From NCBI GenBank assembly GCA_051868045.1, contig JBJDZN010000061.1, positions 478-64,477 of the forward strand: 64,000 nucleotides of DNA, in the 5' to 3' direction. The DNA comes from Eubacteriales bacterium. Lineage in GTDB: Bacteria; Bacillota; Clostridia; Oscillospirales; CAG-272. The translations under genes were made by a program, and so were the position numbers. The notes below the pieces were generated by a model. The model worked only from the letters and a program-made list of their open reading frames with translations, did not search any database and was not told the origin of the DNA. The stretch's first letter is position 1, and each line of letters starts with the position of its first letter. Positions 37,340 to 47,217 of the stretch are shown here, piece by piece.

Positions 37340-37370
37340 CCGATAAAAAAAGAAAAAAGAAGAGAATTTC

Positions 37371-38738
37371 ATGAATGATACCATTGCGGCGATCTCCACC
37401 CCCTACGGCAGGGGTGGAGTCGCCCTGATCCGCATTTCGGGCGAGAATGCCATTGCCGTTGCCGATCGGGTTTTCCGGGCAAAATCGGGCAAATCCCTCG
37501 CCGATATTCCCTCCGGACGGGCGACCTACGGCACGATTTTGTCCGAGGGTCAGCCCATTGACGATGGGCTGATAACCTGTTTTCGTGCCCCCGCTTCCTA
37601 TACCGGGGAGGACGTGGCGGAAATCTCCTGCCACGGCGGCATTCTGCTGACCGAGAAGGTGCTGACCGCCGTTCTGACTGCCGGAGCCAGGATGGCAGAG
37701 GCGGGCGAATTCACCCGTCGGGCGTTCCTGTCGGGCAAACTGAGCCTGACCCGGGCAGAGGCGGTCATAGACCTGATTGACGCCGAGTCCGAGGAACAGC
37801 TTCGCATGGCAAAATCCCAGCTTGGCGGCAGCCTCAGCCGGGAGCTGGACGATCTGTACGAAAAACTTCGCACCCTGGTGTCCGCCGCCTATGTTTACGC
37901 CGATTATCCGGACGAGGATCTGTCGGACGTGACCCCTGCCGAGATGACCGAGCGTCTGACGGAGATTCTCGACCGTTTGACCGCTCTCCATGGCTCCTAT
38001 CGGCGGGGCAGGGCAGTGCGGGAGGGAATCGCCACCGTTCTCGTGGGGCGACCCAATACCGGAAAATCCTCCCTGCTCAACCGCCTGCTGGGGCGGGACC
38101 GTGCCATCGTTACCGACTATGCCGGAACCACCCGGGACACGCTGGAGGAAAGCGTGATGCTGGATAAAATCGTCCTTCGCTTGACCGACACGGCGGGAAT
38201 TCGTCCCACCGACGATCCCGTGGAGAAAATCGGAGTGGAGCGTTCGGTTGCCGCATTGGAGACTGCCGAACTGGTTCTGGCGGTCTTTGACGGGTCCGCC
38301 CCTGCCGCACCGGAAGATCTGGAACTGATCGGACGGCTGAAGGATTCGGACAAGGTTGTGCTGGCGATCCTGAACAAATCCGATCTGCCCCGCCGTTTTG
38401 ACGCCGATCTCACCGATTTTGACGGGATTTTTCCCCTTTCTGCCGCAAACGGTGACGGAATTAACGAGCTGAAGACGGCGATTGAGGAGCGATACGCCCG
38501 GGGTGAGATCGACTACGACCGCTCTGCGGTGCTGTCGTCGGCAAGACAGGCGGCGGCAGTGAAATCGGCAATGGAGTCGGTGCAGTCTGCGCTGTCGGCA
38601 CTGGACAGGGGATTCACCCCCGATGTGGCGGGAATGGATCTGGAGCTTGCCATGTCCGCACTGGGGCAGACCGACGGTCGGTCGGTGTCTGCCGATATTG
38701 TGGATGCCATCTTCCACCGCTTCTGCGTGGGAAAGTAA
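37371..38738 (+). CDS. mnmE: tRNA modification GTPase MnmE
   Basis: DTIAAISTPYGRGGVALIRISG, G1 (GRPNTGKSSLLN), G3 (DTAG) and the terminal FCVGK. Confidence 0.95.
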   Translation: MNDTIAAISTPYGRGGVALIRISGENAIAVADRVFRAKSGKSLADIPSGRATYGTILSEGQPIDDGLITCFRAPASYTGEDVAEISCHGGILLTEKVLTAVLTAGARMAEAGEFTRRAFLSGKLSLTRAEAVIDLIDAESEEQLRMAKSQLGGSLSRELDDLYEKLRTLVSAAYVYADYPDEDLSDVTPAEMTERLTEILDRLTALHGSYRRGRAVREGIATVLVGRPNTGKSSLLNRLLGRDRAIVTDYAGTTRDTLEESVMLDKIVLRLTDTAGIRPTDDPVEKIGVERSVAALETAELVLAVFDGSAPAAPEDLELIGRLKDSDKVVLAILNKSDLPRRFDADLTDFDGIFPLSAANGDGINELKTAIEERYARGEIDYDRSAVLSSARQAAAVKSAMESVQSALSALDRGFTPDVAGMDLELAMSALGQTDGRSVSADIVDAIFHRFCVGK

Positions 38739-38819
38739 ATGGTTGTTCAGAAACGAAAGGCACGGTGCCTGTCCGGCTGACGAAGCCGCAACGTAAATAC
38801 ATGATAACAGGAGAAAACC

Positions 38820-40019
38820 ATGAAGCTTTACAAACTCATTTTGCTATGGATGTCGCTGATCCTGCTTACCGGGTGTGCGACTCAAAGTGCCGATCTGCCC
38901 ATCACATCGGCAGACAGGTCTGCGACCGACACGGTTGTGATGGGCAGCGATGTCCCGGAAATCCCCCAAAGTACCCCCGACACGACGGTGCCGTCCGCAG
39001 GATTAACCACGCCAACGGTCACGAATGACTCGGCTTCGACCCCGGGGGACACCACTGCCGCCCCACCGTTGGTTACGACCCCGATTCCGGTCACCACCGC
39101 ATCTCAGCCGATTACCACAACCGTCAATCCCGCAACCACACCGGTTACAACGACGCAGGAGGAGCCGTCCGTACTTAAGGCGATTCTCCATGAAGAGGGC
39201 AACGTGGGCTATATCGCCTATGAGGAGACCGATTTTGCCTTCAAACTGTCCTGCCCTCAGGCGTTTGTTTATGATATGAATGAAGGCGTGATCCTGTATG
39301 CCAAAGGAATGGATCAGATCGTTTATCCTGCCTCTACCACCAAACTGCTGACCATTCTGTATTCGCTGACCGTCCTTTCGCCCGATGAGCTGATTACGCC
39401 GGGCAATGAACTGAAACTGGTCAATATCCACTCTTCCTTTGCCCATGTGGAGAGTTCTCACACCCTGTCGGTGGAGATGCTGATCGAGGGAATGCTCCTG
39501 CCCTCGGGCAATGATGCTGCCTACGCATTGGCGGGAGCGGCAGGCAGGAAGATCGCCGGCGATCCCGATCTGGACGGGAAGACCGCAATCGAGGTCTTTA
39601 TGGAGGGTCTGAATGCCTATGCCCGGGAGATCGGATGCGTGGGAACCTCCTTCACCGTACCCGACGGCTTTTTTGATGAGAATCATTATACCACCATGGA
39701 GGATCTGATCCTGATTTCCCGAATGGCGGCGGAAAATGAGCTCATCCGGAAATATGCCGCTCTGCCCTGTGATGAGGTGACTTTTGCCGGTGGGAATACC
39801 GTCAGCTGGACCAATACCAACCTGATGATCCAGGAGGACAGTCCCTATTACAGTCCCTATGTGACGGGCTTGAAAACAGGAGCAGGAGGCGGGTATCACT
39901 TTATCTGCACTGCCGAAAAAGACGGACAGCGTTATCTCATCGGTGTTTTCGGCGGGTCGGATAAGAATGTGCGCTTTGCCGATACCCTGAAGGTTCTGAA
40001 TGAACTGTTCGGGGAATGA
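38820..40019 (+). CDS. D-alanyl-D-alanine carboxypeptidase (peptidase S11) lipoprotein with a long Thr/Pro-rich linker
   Basis: Lipobox (LLTGC); T/P-rich segment (about nt 38907-39195); SxxK (PASTTKLLT) and SGN (LPSGNDAA) motifs. Confidence 0.8.
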   Translation: MKLYKLILLWMSLILLTGCATQSADLPITSADRSATDTVVMGSDVPEIPQSTPDTTVPSAGLTTPTVTNDSASTPGDTTAAPPLVTTPIPVTTASQPITTTVNPATTPVTTTQEEPSVLKAILHEEGNVGYIAYEETDFAFKLSCPQAFVYDMNEGVILYAKGMDQIVYPASTTKLLTILYSLTVLSPDELITPGNELKLVNIHSSFAHVESSHTLSVEMLIEGMLLPSGNDAAYALAGAAGRKIAGDPDLDGKTAIEVFMEGLNAYAREIGCVGTSFTVPDGFFDENHYTTMEDLILISRMAAENELIRKYAALPCDEVTFAGGNTVSWTNTNLMIQEDSPYYSPYVTGLKTGAGGGYHFICTAEKDGQRYLIGVFGGSDKNVRFADTLKVLNELFGE

Positions 40020-40206
40020 TGGCGTGAGAGGGCAATACCCGGATGGCTCCGACAACGCCGCCGTATCGGTATTTTGCGGGAAAACGACCGTTTTGCGTCG
40101 AAAAACGGAAGATTTTATGAAGGTTTCTTGGGAATTTCTTAAGATTTGATAAAACCCCTTGACAAGGATTCTTTTTTCTGCTATCCTTATTTCAAATTGA
40201 TTCCAG

Positions 40207-41166
40207 ATGAAGTGTGGTAATAAAATGAAAGCAATTCCCAAGCGGCTCCTTTGCCTGATTCTCCCGATTTTCCTGTTGATCGGGTTGACTTCCTGTTCGT
40301 CTGTTCCTGGGGCGATCCTCCATGAGGAGGGCGATGCGGGGTATATTGCCTATAAGGAGACCGACCTGGTCTTTGATCTGTCCTGTCCCCAGGCATTTGT
40401 TTATGATATGAATGAAGGCGTGATCCTGTATGCCAAGGGAGTGGATCGGATCGTCTATCCTGCCTCCACCACCAAGCTCCTGACCATCCTGTATGCTCTG
40501 ACGATCCTGTCGCCCGATGATCTGGTCACGCCGGGCAGTGAGGTGAATCTGATCGCCGCCGACTCCTCAATCGCCTATGTGAAGAGTTATCACACCCTGT
40601 CGGTAGAGATGCTGATTGAGGGAATGCTGCTGCCATCGGGCAACGATGCCGCCTATGCACTGGCAGGAGCGGCAGGCAGAAAGATTGCAGACGATCCCAC
40701 TCTTGACGGGGAGAAGGCAATCGAGGTTTTCATGGAGGGGATGAACGCCTACGCCCGGGAGATCGGATGCGTGGGAACCTCCTTCACAGAGCCCGACGGC
40801 TATTATAATAAGAACCATTATACCACTCTGGAGGATCTGATCCTGATCTCCCGAATGGCGGCAGACAATGAGATCATTAAAAAATATGCCGCACTGCCCT
40901 ATGATGAAGTAACCTATGCCAGTGGGCATACCAACAGCTGGACCAACACCAATGTGATGCTGGATGAGAACAGCGAATATTACAGTCCCTATGTGACGGG
41001 GTTGAAAACCGGATCGGCAAGCGGCGGCTATCACTTTATCTGCACTGCCGAAAAGGACGGACAGCGGTATCTCATCGGTGTTTTCGGCGGGTCGGATAAG
41101 GATGTTCGCTTTGCCGATGCCCTGACGGTTCTGAATGAACTGTTCGGGAAGGATGAGATGGCGTGA
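40207..41166 (+). CDS. D-alanyl-D-alanine carboxypeptidase (peptidase S11) lipoprotein, tandem paralogue
   Basis: Lipobox (GLTSC) and the same PASTTKLLT and LPSGNDAA motifs. Long blocks are identical to the upstream gene. Start is 40207 or ATG 40225. Confidence 0.8.
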   Translation: MKCGNKMKAIPKRLLCLILPIFLLIGLTSCSSVPGAILHEEGDAGYIAYKETDLVFDLSCPQAFVYDMNEGVILYAKGVDRIVYPASTTKLLTILYALTILSPDDLVTPGSEVNLIAADSSIAYVKSYHTLSVEMLIEGMLLPSGNDAAYALAGAAGRKIADDPTLDGEKAIEVFMEGMNAYAREIGCVGTSFTEPDGYYNKNHYTTLEDLILISRMAADNEIIKKYAALPYDEVTYASGHTNSWTNTNVMLDENSEYYSPYVTGLKTGSASGGYHFICTAEKDGQRYLIGVFGGSDKDVRFADALTVLNELFGKDEMA

Positions 41167-41355
41167 GGACCGATTTTCCTTGCATGAAGTCCATCGTCCC
41201 AAAAATGCGCAAGCCAAGGGGATCCCCCAAAAGGGGAGCAGGCAATGCCCATGCGCCGTCCAAAGGAAAATGACCTGAAAATGAGGGATGCGCTCCCGTT
41301 ATAAGTTGTAACATGACAGAAAATCAATGAAAAGAGAAATGAAAAGAGAACCGAT

Positions 41356-42582
41356 ATGACACCCGAACTTCTTCTCCCTGCGGGAAATTTTGAAAAAATG
41401 AAGGCGGCGATCCGTTTCGGCGCCGATGCCGTCTATCTTGCCGGAAAACGCTTCGGATTGCGTGCCGCCGCCGACAATTTTGATCTGCCCTCCCTGAATC
41501 AGGCGATCCCTTATGCCCATGAGCGGGGGAAAAAGGTCTATCTGACCGTCAATATCACCCCTCATACCTACGAATACGACGATCTGACCGCCTATTTTGC
41601 CTCCCTCGCCGACTGTCCGCCCGATGCCCTGATCATTGCCGATCCGGGCGTCTTTACGCTGGCGGGAGAGATTCTTCCCGGAGTGGAGCGGCATATTTCC
41701 ACTCAGGCGGGAGCCGTGTCCGAGCATGACTGCCTGTTCTGGTACCGTCAGGGGGCGACCCGTGTGGTGCTGGCAAGAGAACTGAGCCTTGCGGAGATCC
41801 GCCGGATCCGTCAGAAGATCCCGCCGGAGCTGGAGCTGGAATGCTTCATTCACGGCTCCATGTGCGTGTCCTTCAGTGGGCGGTGCCTGCTGTCCGAGCA
41901 TTATATCGGCAGAGACGGAAACCGCGGATTCTGCGCCCAGCCCTGTCGGTGGGAGTATCATCTGTATGAAATTGCCGAGGTCAAGCGTCCCGATATGCGT
42001 CTGCCCATCGAGGAGACCGATCGGGGAACCTTCATTATGTCCTCCAAGGATCTGTGTACCATCGAGCATATTCCCGAGCTGATGGAAAGCGGAATCGCCT
42101 CCTTCAAAATCGAGGGACGCATGAAGTCTGCCTACTACGCTGCCGTTACCGCCAACACCTACCGTATGGCAATGGATGCCTATCGGCGGGATCCGTCGGG
42201 TTATACCTATGATCCGGCATGGATGCGGGAGCTTTGCTCGGTGACTCATCGGGAATATTGCAGCGGGTACTATTTTGACGATCCCATGCGCAACGGTCAG
42301 TTGGTCACCAAGGGTGGCTATCTCTCCGAAAAGGCGTACCTTGCCACCGTGGAAAGTTACGATTCCGCCTGCGGCAGGGCAACCCTGATTCAGAAGAATA
42401 AACTGTCGGCGGGACAGGAGTGCGAGCTGCTGACCCCCGGATCGGTGGGGGTGCCCTTTACGGCAGAGGAACTTTGGGATGAGGAGGGAAACCCCATTGA
42501 GTCTGCTCCCCATCCTTACCAGCGTTTCTCCTTGAAAATGCCTTTTCCCGTAAAATCGGGGGATATTGTCCGCTCACTGTGA
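41356..42582 (+). CDS. peptidase U32 family protein
   Basis: ELLLPAGNFEKMKAAIRFGADAVY, ECFIHGSMCVSFSGRCLLS and SSKDLC blocks typical of U32. Confidence 0.9.
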   Translation: MTPELLLPAGNFEKMKAAIRFGADAVYLAGKRFGLRAAADNFDLPSLNQAIPYAHERGKKVYLTVNITPHTYEYDDLTAYFASLADCPPDALIIADPGVFTLAGEILPGVERHISTQAGAVSEHDCLFWYRQGATRVVLARELSLAEIRRIRQKIPPELELECFIHGSMCVSFSGRCLLSEHYIGRDGNRGFCAQPCRWEYHLYEIAEVKRPDMRLPIEETDRGTFIMSSKDLCTIEHIPELMESGIASFKIEGRMKSAYYAAVTANTYRMAMDAYRRDPSGYTYDPAWMRELCSVTHREYCSGYYFDDPMRNGQLVTKGGYLSEKAYLATVESYDSACGRATLIQKNKLSAGQECELLTPGSVGVPFTAEELWDEEGNPIESAPHPYQRFSLKMPFPVKSGDIVRSL

Positions 42583-42621
42583 CAAAGTTATGTACAAACC
42601 GTAATATTTTCCTGTCTTGAC

Positions 42622-42650
42622 TTGACAAATGCCCAAAAATAGATTATAAT
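42622..42650 (+). promoter_or_regulatory. perfect consensus sigma-A promoter
   Basis: TTGACA (42622-42627), 17 nt spacer, TATAAT (42645-42650). Confidence 0.7.
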
Positions 42651-42722
42651 ATCTTTGTACGACTGATTGTCCTTCTGAGGGGAGAGTCCGTCGGCAGACA
42701 TCTGACGATTGGGAGTGTTTTT

Positions 42723-43871
42723 GTGCTGTTTCTGAAAATTTTATTGATTGCAGTCGGTCTGGTTGCCCTGTCTGCCGGCGTAATCCTCGGTGAATTCTAT
42801 CTGGTCAAAAAGAAGAATGTCTTTTTCGGACTGATTCCGTCGGGCGCACTGTCATTGGTATCCTACCTGACCCTTCTGATCATGGTGATTGCCGGTGCCG
42901 GCTGGAAGGCAAATCTGATCACCTTCATTCTGCTTCAGATTCCCATTGTGGCAGGCGTGGGCTGTATGATCTATCTGCGCCGCAGGTATCTGCAAAAGCA
43001 GGCGGAGGAGCGTGCCCGTGAGATGCGGCTCCAGAATGCCCGCCGTATGGAGAATGAAAAGCAGGCACGGATGAACTTTCTGCTCAAAGGCTTCCGTTGC
43101 GCAGAAAGCGGCATGAAGGTTGAGGGTCAGCGTGAGATCGTCACCCTGTCCAAATCGGGTAAGAATACGGCGGAGATTGCCAAGATGACCGGTGCCTCCG
43201 AGCAGGAGATCGAGCGGATTCTCGCCGCTTTTGAAAAGTATATCAACCGTGTGGATACGGACGAGCCTACCGCAACCGACCGGATTCTCACTGAGGAGCA
43301 GGAGCAGAGCATCGTCAACTATCTGGTGAACTCCACCCCTGCGGAGCAGAATTTGTCGGCATCCATGCTGTGGAACCGCACCACGGCAAGAATGCTTGCC
43401 TCCAATCTGCTGGACAGCAATCTGTCGGGCAGAATGATGTCTGCCTACCTTGCTCACTGGGGACTGACGGTTCCCGAAAAGCAGGCAATCCGTTCCAGAA
43501 GTTCCCAGCCTGAGGTCAGAATGTGGCTTGCCGGCGAGTATGAGCAGATACGCAAGGCGGCAAACGACAAGGGCGGCGAACTGATCTGGATCTACACCGT
43601 GATTCCGGAGAAGATCAAGGATATTTCCATGTATGTGCCGAAAAATCCCATTATGTTGTGTGCCGTGTCGGTAGAGGGATCGGTGGCGTTCCGGGTTTAC
43701 GATAAGGATATGGGCGGCTATTTCACCGATTTTGTGGCATCGCTGACCACCCTTCCCGGAAACAAGCTGTTCGCCATTGTCAATGAGAATTACGATGAAT
43801 ATATGAAGACCTTGGGAAAGGACCGCAGACGTGCCCTGACCGATCGGATTGAGTTCTTCAAAGGAATCTGA
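42723..43871 (+). CDS. membrane-anchored protein with HTH and IS630-like transposase-derived domains whose catalytic positions are degenerate
   Basis: About 3 N-terminal TM helices, a charged coiled segment and an HTH (NTAEIAKMTGASEQEIERIL). A winged-helix pattern (LWNRTTARMLA...YLAHWGLTVPEKQ) and a DDE_3-like order follow, but with WIYTV and IVNENYDEY where acidic residues are expected. GTG start. Confidence 0.7.
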   Translation: MLFLKILLIAVGLVALSAGVILGEFYLVKKKNVFFGLIPSGALSLVSYLTLLIMVIAGAGWKANLITFILLQIPIVAGVGCMIYLRRRYLQKQAEERAREMRLQNARRMENEKQARMNFLLKGFRCAESGMKVEGQREIVTLSKSGKNTAEIAKMTGASEQEIERILAAFEKYINRVDTDEPTATDRILTEEQEQSIVNYLVNSTPAEQNLSASMLWNRTTARMLASNLLDSNLSGRMMSAYLAHWGLTVPEKQAIRSRSSQPEVRMWLAGEYEQIRKAANDKGGELIWIYTVIPEKIKDISMYVPKNPIMLCAVSVEGSVAFRVYDKDMGGYFTDFVASLTTLPGNKLFAIVNENYDEYMKTLGKDRRRALTDRIEFFKGI

Positions 43872-43885
43872 GTTTAATGAAAAAA

Positions 43886-43920
43886 AGGAAGCTGCACGAT
43901 CGTGCGGCTTCCCCTTTTTG
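43886..43920 (+). terminator. rho-independent terminator
   Basis: Stem ggaagc-gcacg / cgtgc-gcttcc, then cctttttg. Confidence 0.8.
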
Positions 43921-44048
43921 TCTCCCTTCTTCGGCTTTTTTTGTCGGAAGACAAATCGAATGTTTTCGATTCCATTCCATAATTTTCCGAAAAAACTCCG
44001 TTATTTTGTAAATGAAATATAAATTTTTTTCGCAGAACCCAAAAGCAC

Positions 44049-44077
44049 TTGACAAATCCGATAAAAAAGTATAGAAT
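44049..44077 (+). promoter_or_regulatory. sigma-A type promoter of rny
   Basis: TTGACA (44049-44054), 17 nt spacer, TAGAAT (44072-44077). The leader is about 120 nt. Confidence 0.65.
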
Positions 44078-44202
44078 ACAAGATGAGGTAATTTTGAGTA
44101 AATTGGAATTCCGCCGCTATCCGGAATGGCGTGAGGGAATTTCGCTGACTACTTAAATTCTTTCGAAAAATATACAGCAAAAAAGCAAGGAGGTGTAAGC
44201 AA

Positions 44203-45753
44203 TTGGAACCCTTAGAAATCATAATTACGGCGGCTGTTGCCGTGGTTGCGCTGGTGATCGGAATTCTCGTAGGCTTTCTCTACCGGAAAAAGATCGCAGA
44301 GGCGAAGCTGGGCGTGGCTGAAGAAGAGTCCAAACGGATTGTTGAGGAAGCCGAAAAAACAGCCGAGACTATGAAAAAGGAAGCACTTCTGGAGGCAAAG
44401 GAAGAAATTGTCCGCTCCAACAAGGAATTCGAAAAGGAAGTCCGTGATCGCAGAGCCGAACTGACCAAAATGGAACATCGGTATGCGACCAAGGAGGAGG
44501 CCCTCGAGAAAAAGAGCAGCAATCTTGACCGCAAGGAAGAGCAACTGGATAAAAAAATCAAGGAAAACACAGAGCTTACCGCAAAAATCGAGGAAATCAA
44601 AGGGCAGCAGCTTGCCAAGCTGGAAACCATCTCCGGTTATACCGTAGAACAGGCAAAGGCAGAGATTGTTCATCAGATTGAGGAGGAGGCAAAATACGAG
44701 TCCGCTATGAAGCTCGCCGAGATCGAGGCGCAGCTTAAAGAGGATGCAGACGAGCGTGCCAAGGACATCCTGTCCCAGACCATTTCCCGTCTGGCTTCCG
44801 AATTCGTCTCCGAGGCAAGCGTCACCTCTGTGGCTCTTCCCAGCGACGATATGAAGGGACGCATCATCGGGCGTGAAGGTCGGAACATCCGTGCCGTCGA
44901 GTCACTGACCGGCGTTGATCTGATCATCGACGATACCCCTGAGGCGATTACCATTTCCTGCTTCGATCCTGTCCGCCGTGAGGTGGCAAGGCTGTCGCTG
45001 GAGAAGCTGATCGCAGACGGACGAATCCATCCCACCCGCATTGAGGAAATGGTGGAGAAGTCCAAGAAGGAGGTCGAAACCTCCATCAAGCAGGCAGGCG
45101 AGCATGCCATCTTCGAGACCGGCATCCACGGAATCAATCCTGAGCTGGTCAAACTCCTGGGCAGACTCCGCTACCGTACCAGCTACGGTCAGAACGTGCT
45201 GAACCATTCCATTGAGGTCGCCTTCCTCGCCGGCATGATCGCCGGGGAACTGGGCGTCAATGCGGATCAGGCAAAGCGTGCAGGCTTGCTCCATGACATC
45301 GGCAAGGCAGTCACTCACGAGGTTGAAGGCAGCCATGCAGTGATCGGAGCCGATATTGCCAGAAAGTATAAGGAAAACCGGGACATTGTTCACGCCATCG
45401 AAGCCCACCACGGCGATGTGGAACCCAAATCGGTTCTCGACTTCATCATTCAGGCGGCGGATGCCATCTCGGCAGCAAGACCCGGTGCAAGACGTGAAAA
45501 CCTGGAAAACTACATCAAGCGTCTCCAGAAGCTGGAGGAAATCGCAAACTCCTATCCCGGAGTGGAAAAATCCTTCGCTATTCAGGCGGGCAGAGAAGTC
45601 CGCATCCTGGTGAAGCCCGAGCAGGTCAACGATCAGCAGATGGTGCTGGTTGCCCACGATGTGGCAAGACAGATCGAAAACGAGCTGAAGTATCCCGGAC
45701 AGATCAAGATCACCGTGGTACGGGAGAGCCGTGCAAGCGATCTGGCAAAATAA
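44203..45753 (+). CDS. rny: ribonuclease Y
   Basis: N-terminal TM helix, a long coiled coil, a KH domain ([12 protein letters not shown]) and an HD domain (LLHDIGKA). TTG start 9 nt after AAGGAGG. Confidence 0.95.
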   Translation: MEPLEIIITAAVAVVALVIGILVGFLYRKKIAEAKLGVAEEESKRIVEEAEKTAETMKKEALLEAKEEIVRSNKEFEKEVRDRRAELTKMEHRYATKEEALEKKSSNLDRKEEQLDKKIKENTELTAKIEEIKGQQLAKLETISGYTVEQAKAEIVHQIEEEAKYESAMKLAEIEAQLKEDADERAKDILSQTISRLASEFVSEASVTSVALPSDDMKGRIIGREGRNIRAVESLTGVDLIIDDTPEAITISCFDPVRREVARLSLEKLIADGRIHPTRIEEMVEKSKKEVETSIKQAGEHAIFETGIHGINPELVKLLGRLRYRTSYGQNVLNHSIEVAFLAGMIAGELGVNADQAKRAGLLHDIGKAVTHEVEGSHAVIGADIARKYKENRDIVHAIEAHHGDVEPKSVLDFIIQAADAISAARPGARRENLENYIKRLQKLEEIANSYPGVEKSFAIQAGREVRILVKPEQVNDQQMVLVAHDVARQIENELKYPGQIKITVVRESRASDLAK

Positions 45754-45928
45754 GCAGAATGACAGGGATTTTTCCGCATTTTGAGGCAAAAAAAGTCCCT
45801 GTCGGGAAACAATAGTGGCAGATCGGAAAATGACTCTGTCAAATCCGATCTTTCCCCCGAAAATCCCTCCTGAAAAGGAACGGGAACGCAATCAGCGACT
45901 CAGTAGCGACGATGAAAGGACGGTCCCG

Positions 45929-46723
45929 ATGACCGATAGCAGCATGAACCGGTACAAAATTCTCTGTCTTGGGGATGTGGTTGGTCCCGAAGCGGTGGAC
46001 TGCCTTTCGAAAAATTTGTGGAATATTCGCCGTGAGTTTGGAGCAGATCTGGTTGTCGCCAATGGCGAGAATGCAGACATCGGCAACGGCATCACGGCAG
46101 CCAGTGCCCAAACCCTTCTTTCTGCCGGCGTAGATGTGATTACTTCCGGAAATCATATCTGGCAGAAAAAGGATATGCGGACCTTTCTGGACGAGTCCGA
46201 CCTCATCCTCCGACCTGCCAACTACCCTGACTGTAATCCCGGCAAGGGATATACTCTGGTGGATGCCGGCGGAGCACGGGTTCTGGTGATGAATGTTCAG
46301 GGAACGGTCTTCATGGAAGCACTGTCCGATCCCTTCGGATGCGTGGAGAAGATTCTGGATGCCAATCGGGGTCGGTACGACTACGCAGTTCTGGACATTC
46401 ATGCGGAAGCAACGTCCGAGAAAATTGCCATCGCCCGATATTTCGACGGTCGGATCCATGTGGTCGTGGGAACCCATACCCACGTTCAGACTGCCGACGA
46501 GCAGATTTTGCCGGGCGGAACAGGCTACATTACCGATCTCGGAATGTGTGGCTCCCAAAACGGAATTCTCGGTGTTGCTACAGACAGTATTCTGGCAAGG
46601 CTTAGGTATAAAATGCCGGTAAAGTTTGACTTGGCGAAAGGAAATGTAAAAATTCGCGGATGTTTGTTTGGCATAAATGCACAAAACAATCGAGTCGAAT
46701 TCGTTGAAAGAGCCGAAATTTAA
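45929..46723 (+). CDS. ymdB: YmdB-family metallophosphoesterase (2',3'-cyclic-nucleotide 2'-phosphodiesterase)
   Basis: ILCLGDVVG, ANGENA, TSGNHIW, DIHAEATSEK and GTHTHVQTADE blocks. The rny-ymdB-spoVS order matches B. subtilis. Trimmed to ATG 45929. Confidence 0.85.
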   Translation: MTDSSMNRYKILCLGDVVGPEAVDCLSKNLWNIRREFGADLVVANGENADIGNGITAASAQTLLSAGVDVITSGNHIWQKKDMRTFLDESDLILRPANYPDCNPGKGYTLVDAGGARVLVMNVQGTVFMEALSDPFGCVEKILDANRGRYDYAVLDIHAEATSEKIAIARYFDGRIHVVVGTHTHVQTADEQILPGGTGYITDLGMCGSQNGILGVATDSILARLRYKMPVKFDLAKGNVKIRGCLFGINAQNNRVEFVERAEI

Positions 46724-46741
46724 GAGATTTGCTGGATTCTC

Positions 46742-46770
46742 TTGAAATTTTCAACGAAACATGCTACAAT
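46742..46770 (+). promoter_or_regulatory. sigma-A type promoter of spoVS
   Basis: TTGAAA (46742-46747), 17 nt spacer, TACAAT (46765-46770). Confidence 0.6.
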
Positions 46771-46808
46771 AAAAAAGCTAGGATATTGAAGCATTGAGGT
46801 GTTGAAAA

Positions 46809-47075
46809 ATGGAAATTTTAAAGGTATCAGCAAAATCCAGTCCCAATTTGGTAGCAGGTGCAATTGCCGGTATTATTCGTGAGAGTGATGCAGTTGAGAT
46901 TCAGGCGATTGGCGCAGGTGCAGTCAATCAGGCCATCAAGGCTATTGCAGCGGCTAATACTTTTCTGGCGGGTGACAATCTTTCTGTCGTATGCAAGCCT
47001 TTCTTTACCGAGGTTCTGGTGAACGAAGAAAAGCGTACGGCGATCCAGCTTGTCATTATGCGTGAGACAAAGTAA
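46809..47075 (+). CDS. spoVS: stage V sporulation protein S
   Basis: MEILKVSAKSSPNLVAGAIAGIIRE...AIGAGAVNQAIKAIA is the highly conserved SpoVS sequence; 88 aa. Confidence 0.95.
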   Translation: MEILKVSAKSSPNLVAGAIAGIIRESDAVEIQAIGAGAVNQAIKAIAAANTFLAGDNLSVVCKPFFTEVLVNEEKRTAIQLVIMRETK

Positions 47076-47097
47076 GGATCTATTTACATATTTCCTT

Positions 47098-47141
47098 AAA
47101 GACGAAATTGTCGCATCGAGCGACAATTTCGTCTTTTTTTC
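47098..47141 (+). terminator. rho-independent terminator after spoVS
   Basis: 17-bp stem aaagacgaaattgtcgc / gcgacaatttcgtcttt, then ttttt. Confidence 0.85.
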
Positions 47142-47217
47142 ATATCAAGGGCGGCGTACGGGAAAGTCAGCCGATAAATTGAGCGGATCGGGTTGAGATT
47201 TCTCGGAGGATTTGCCG

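Noticed and set aside
42585-42600. TTATGTACAAA, which resembles the XerD arm of a dif site. It was considered because gene orientation changes within the window.
   Set aside because: Only about 8 of 11 positions match the remembered arm, and there is no adjacent XerC arm or central region. This is not credible as dif.
44078-44202. Long 5' leaders of rny (44078-44202), rpmG (844-989), rpsB (9430-9544) and pckA (58271-58373), inspected for riboswitch or T-box signatures.
   Set aside because: I could not recognise any known riboswitch core (TPP, SAM, FMN, glycine, ZTP, T-box specifier/T-box sequence and others). They may be structured leaders, but I cannot support a specific call.
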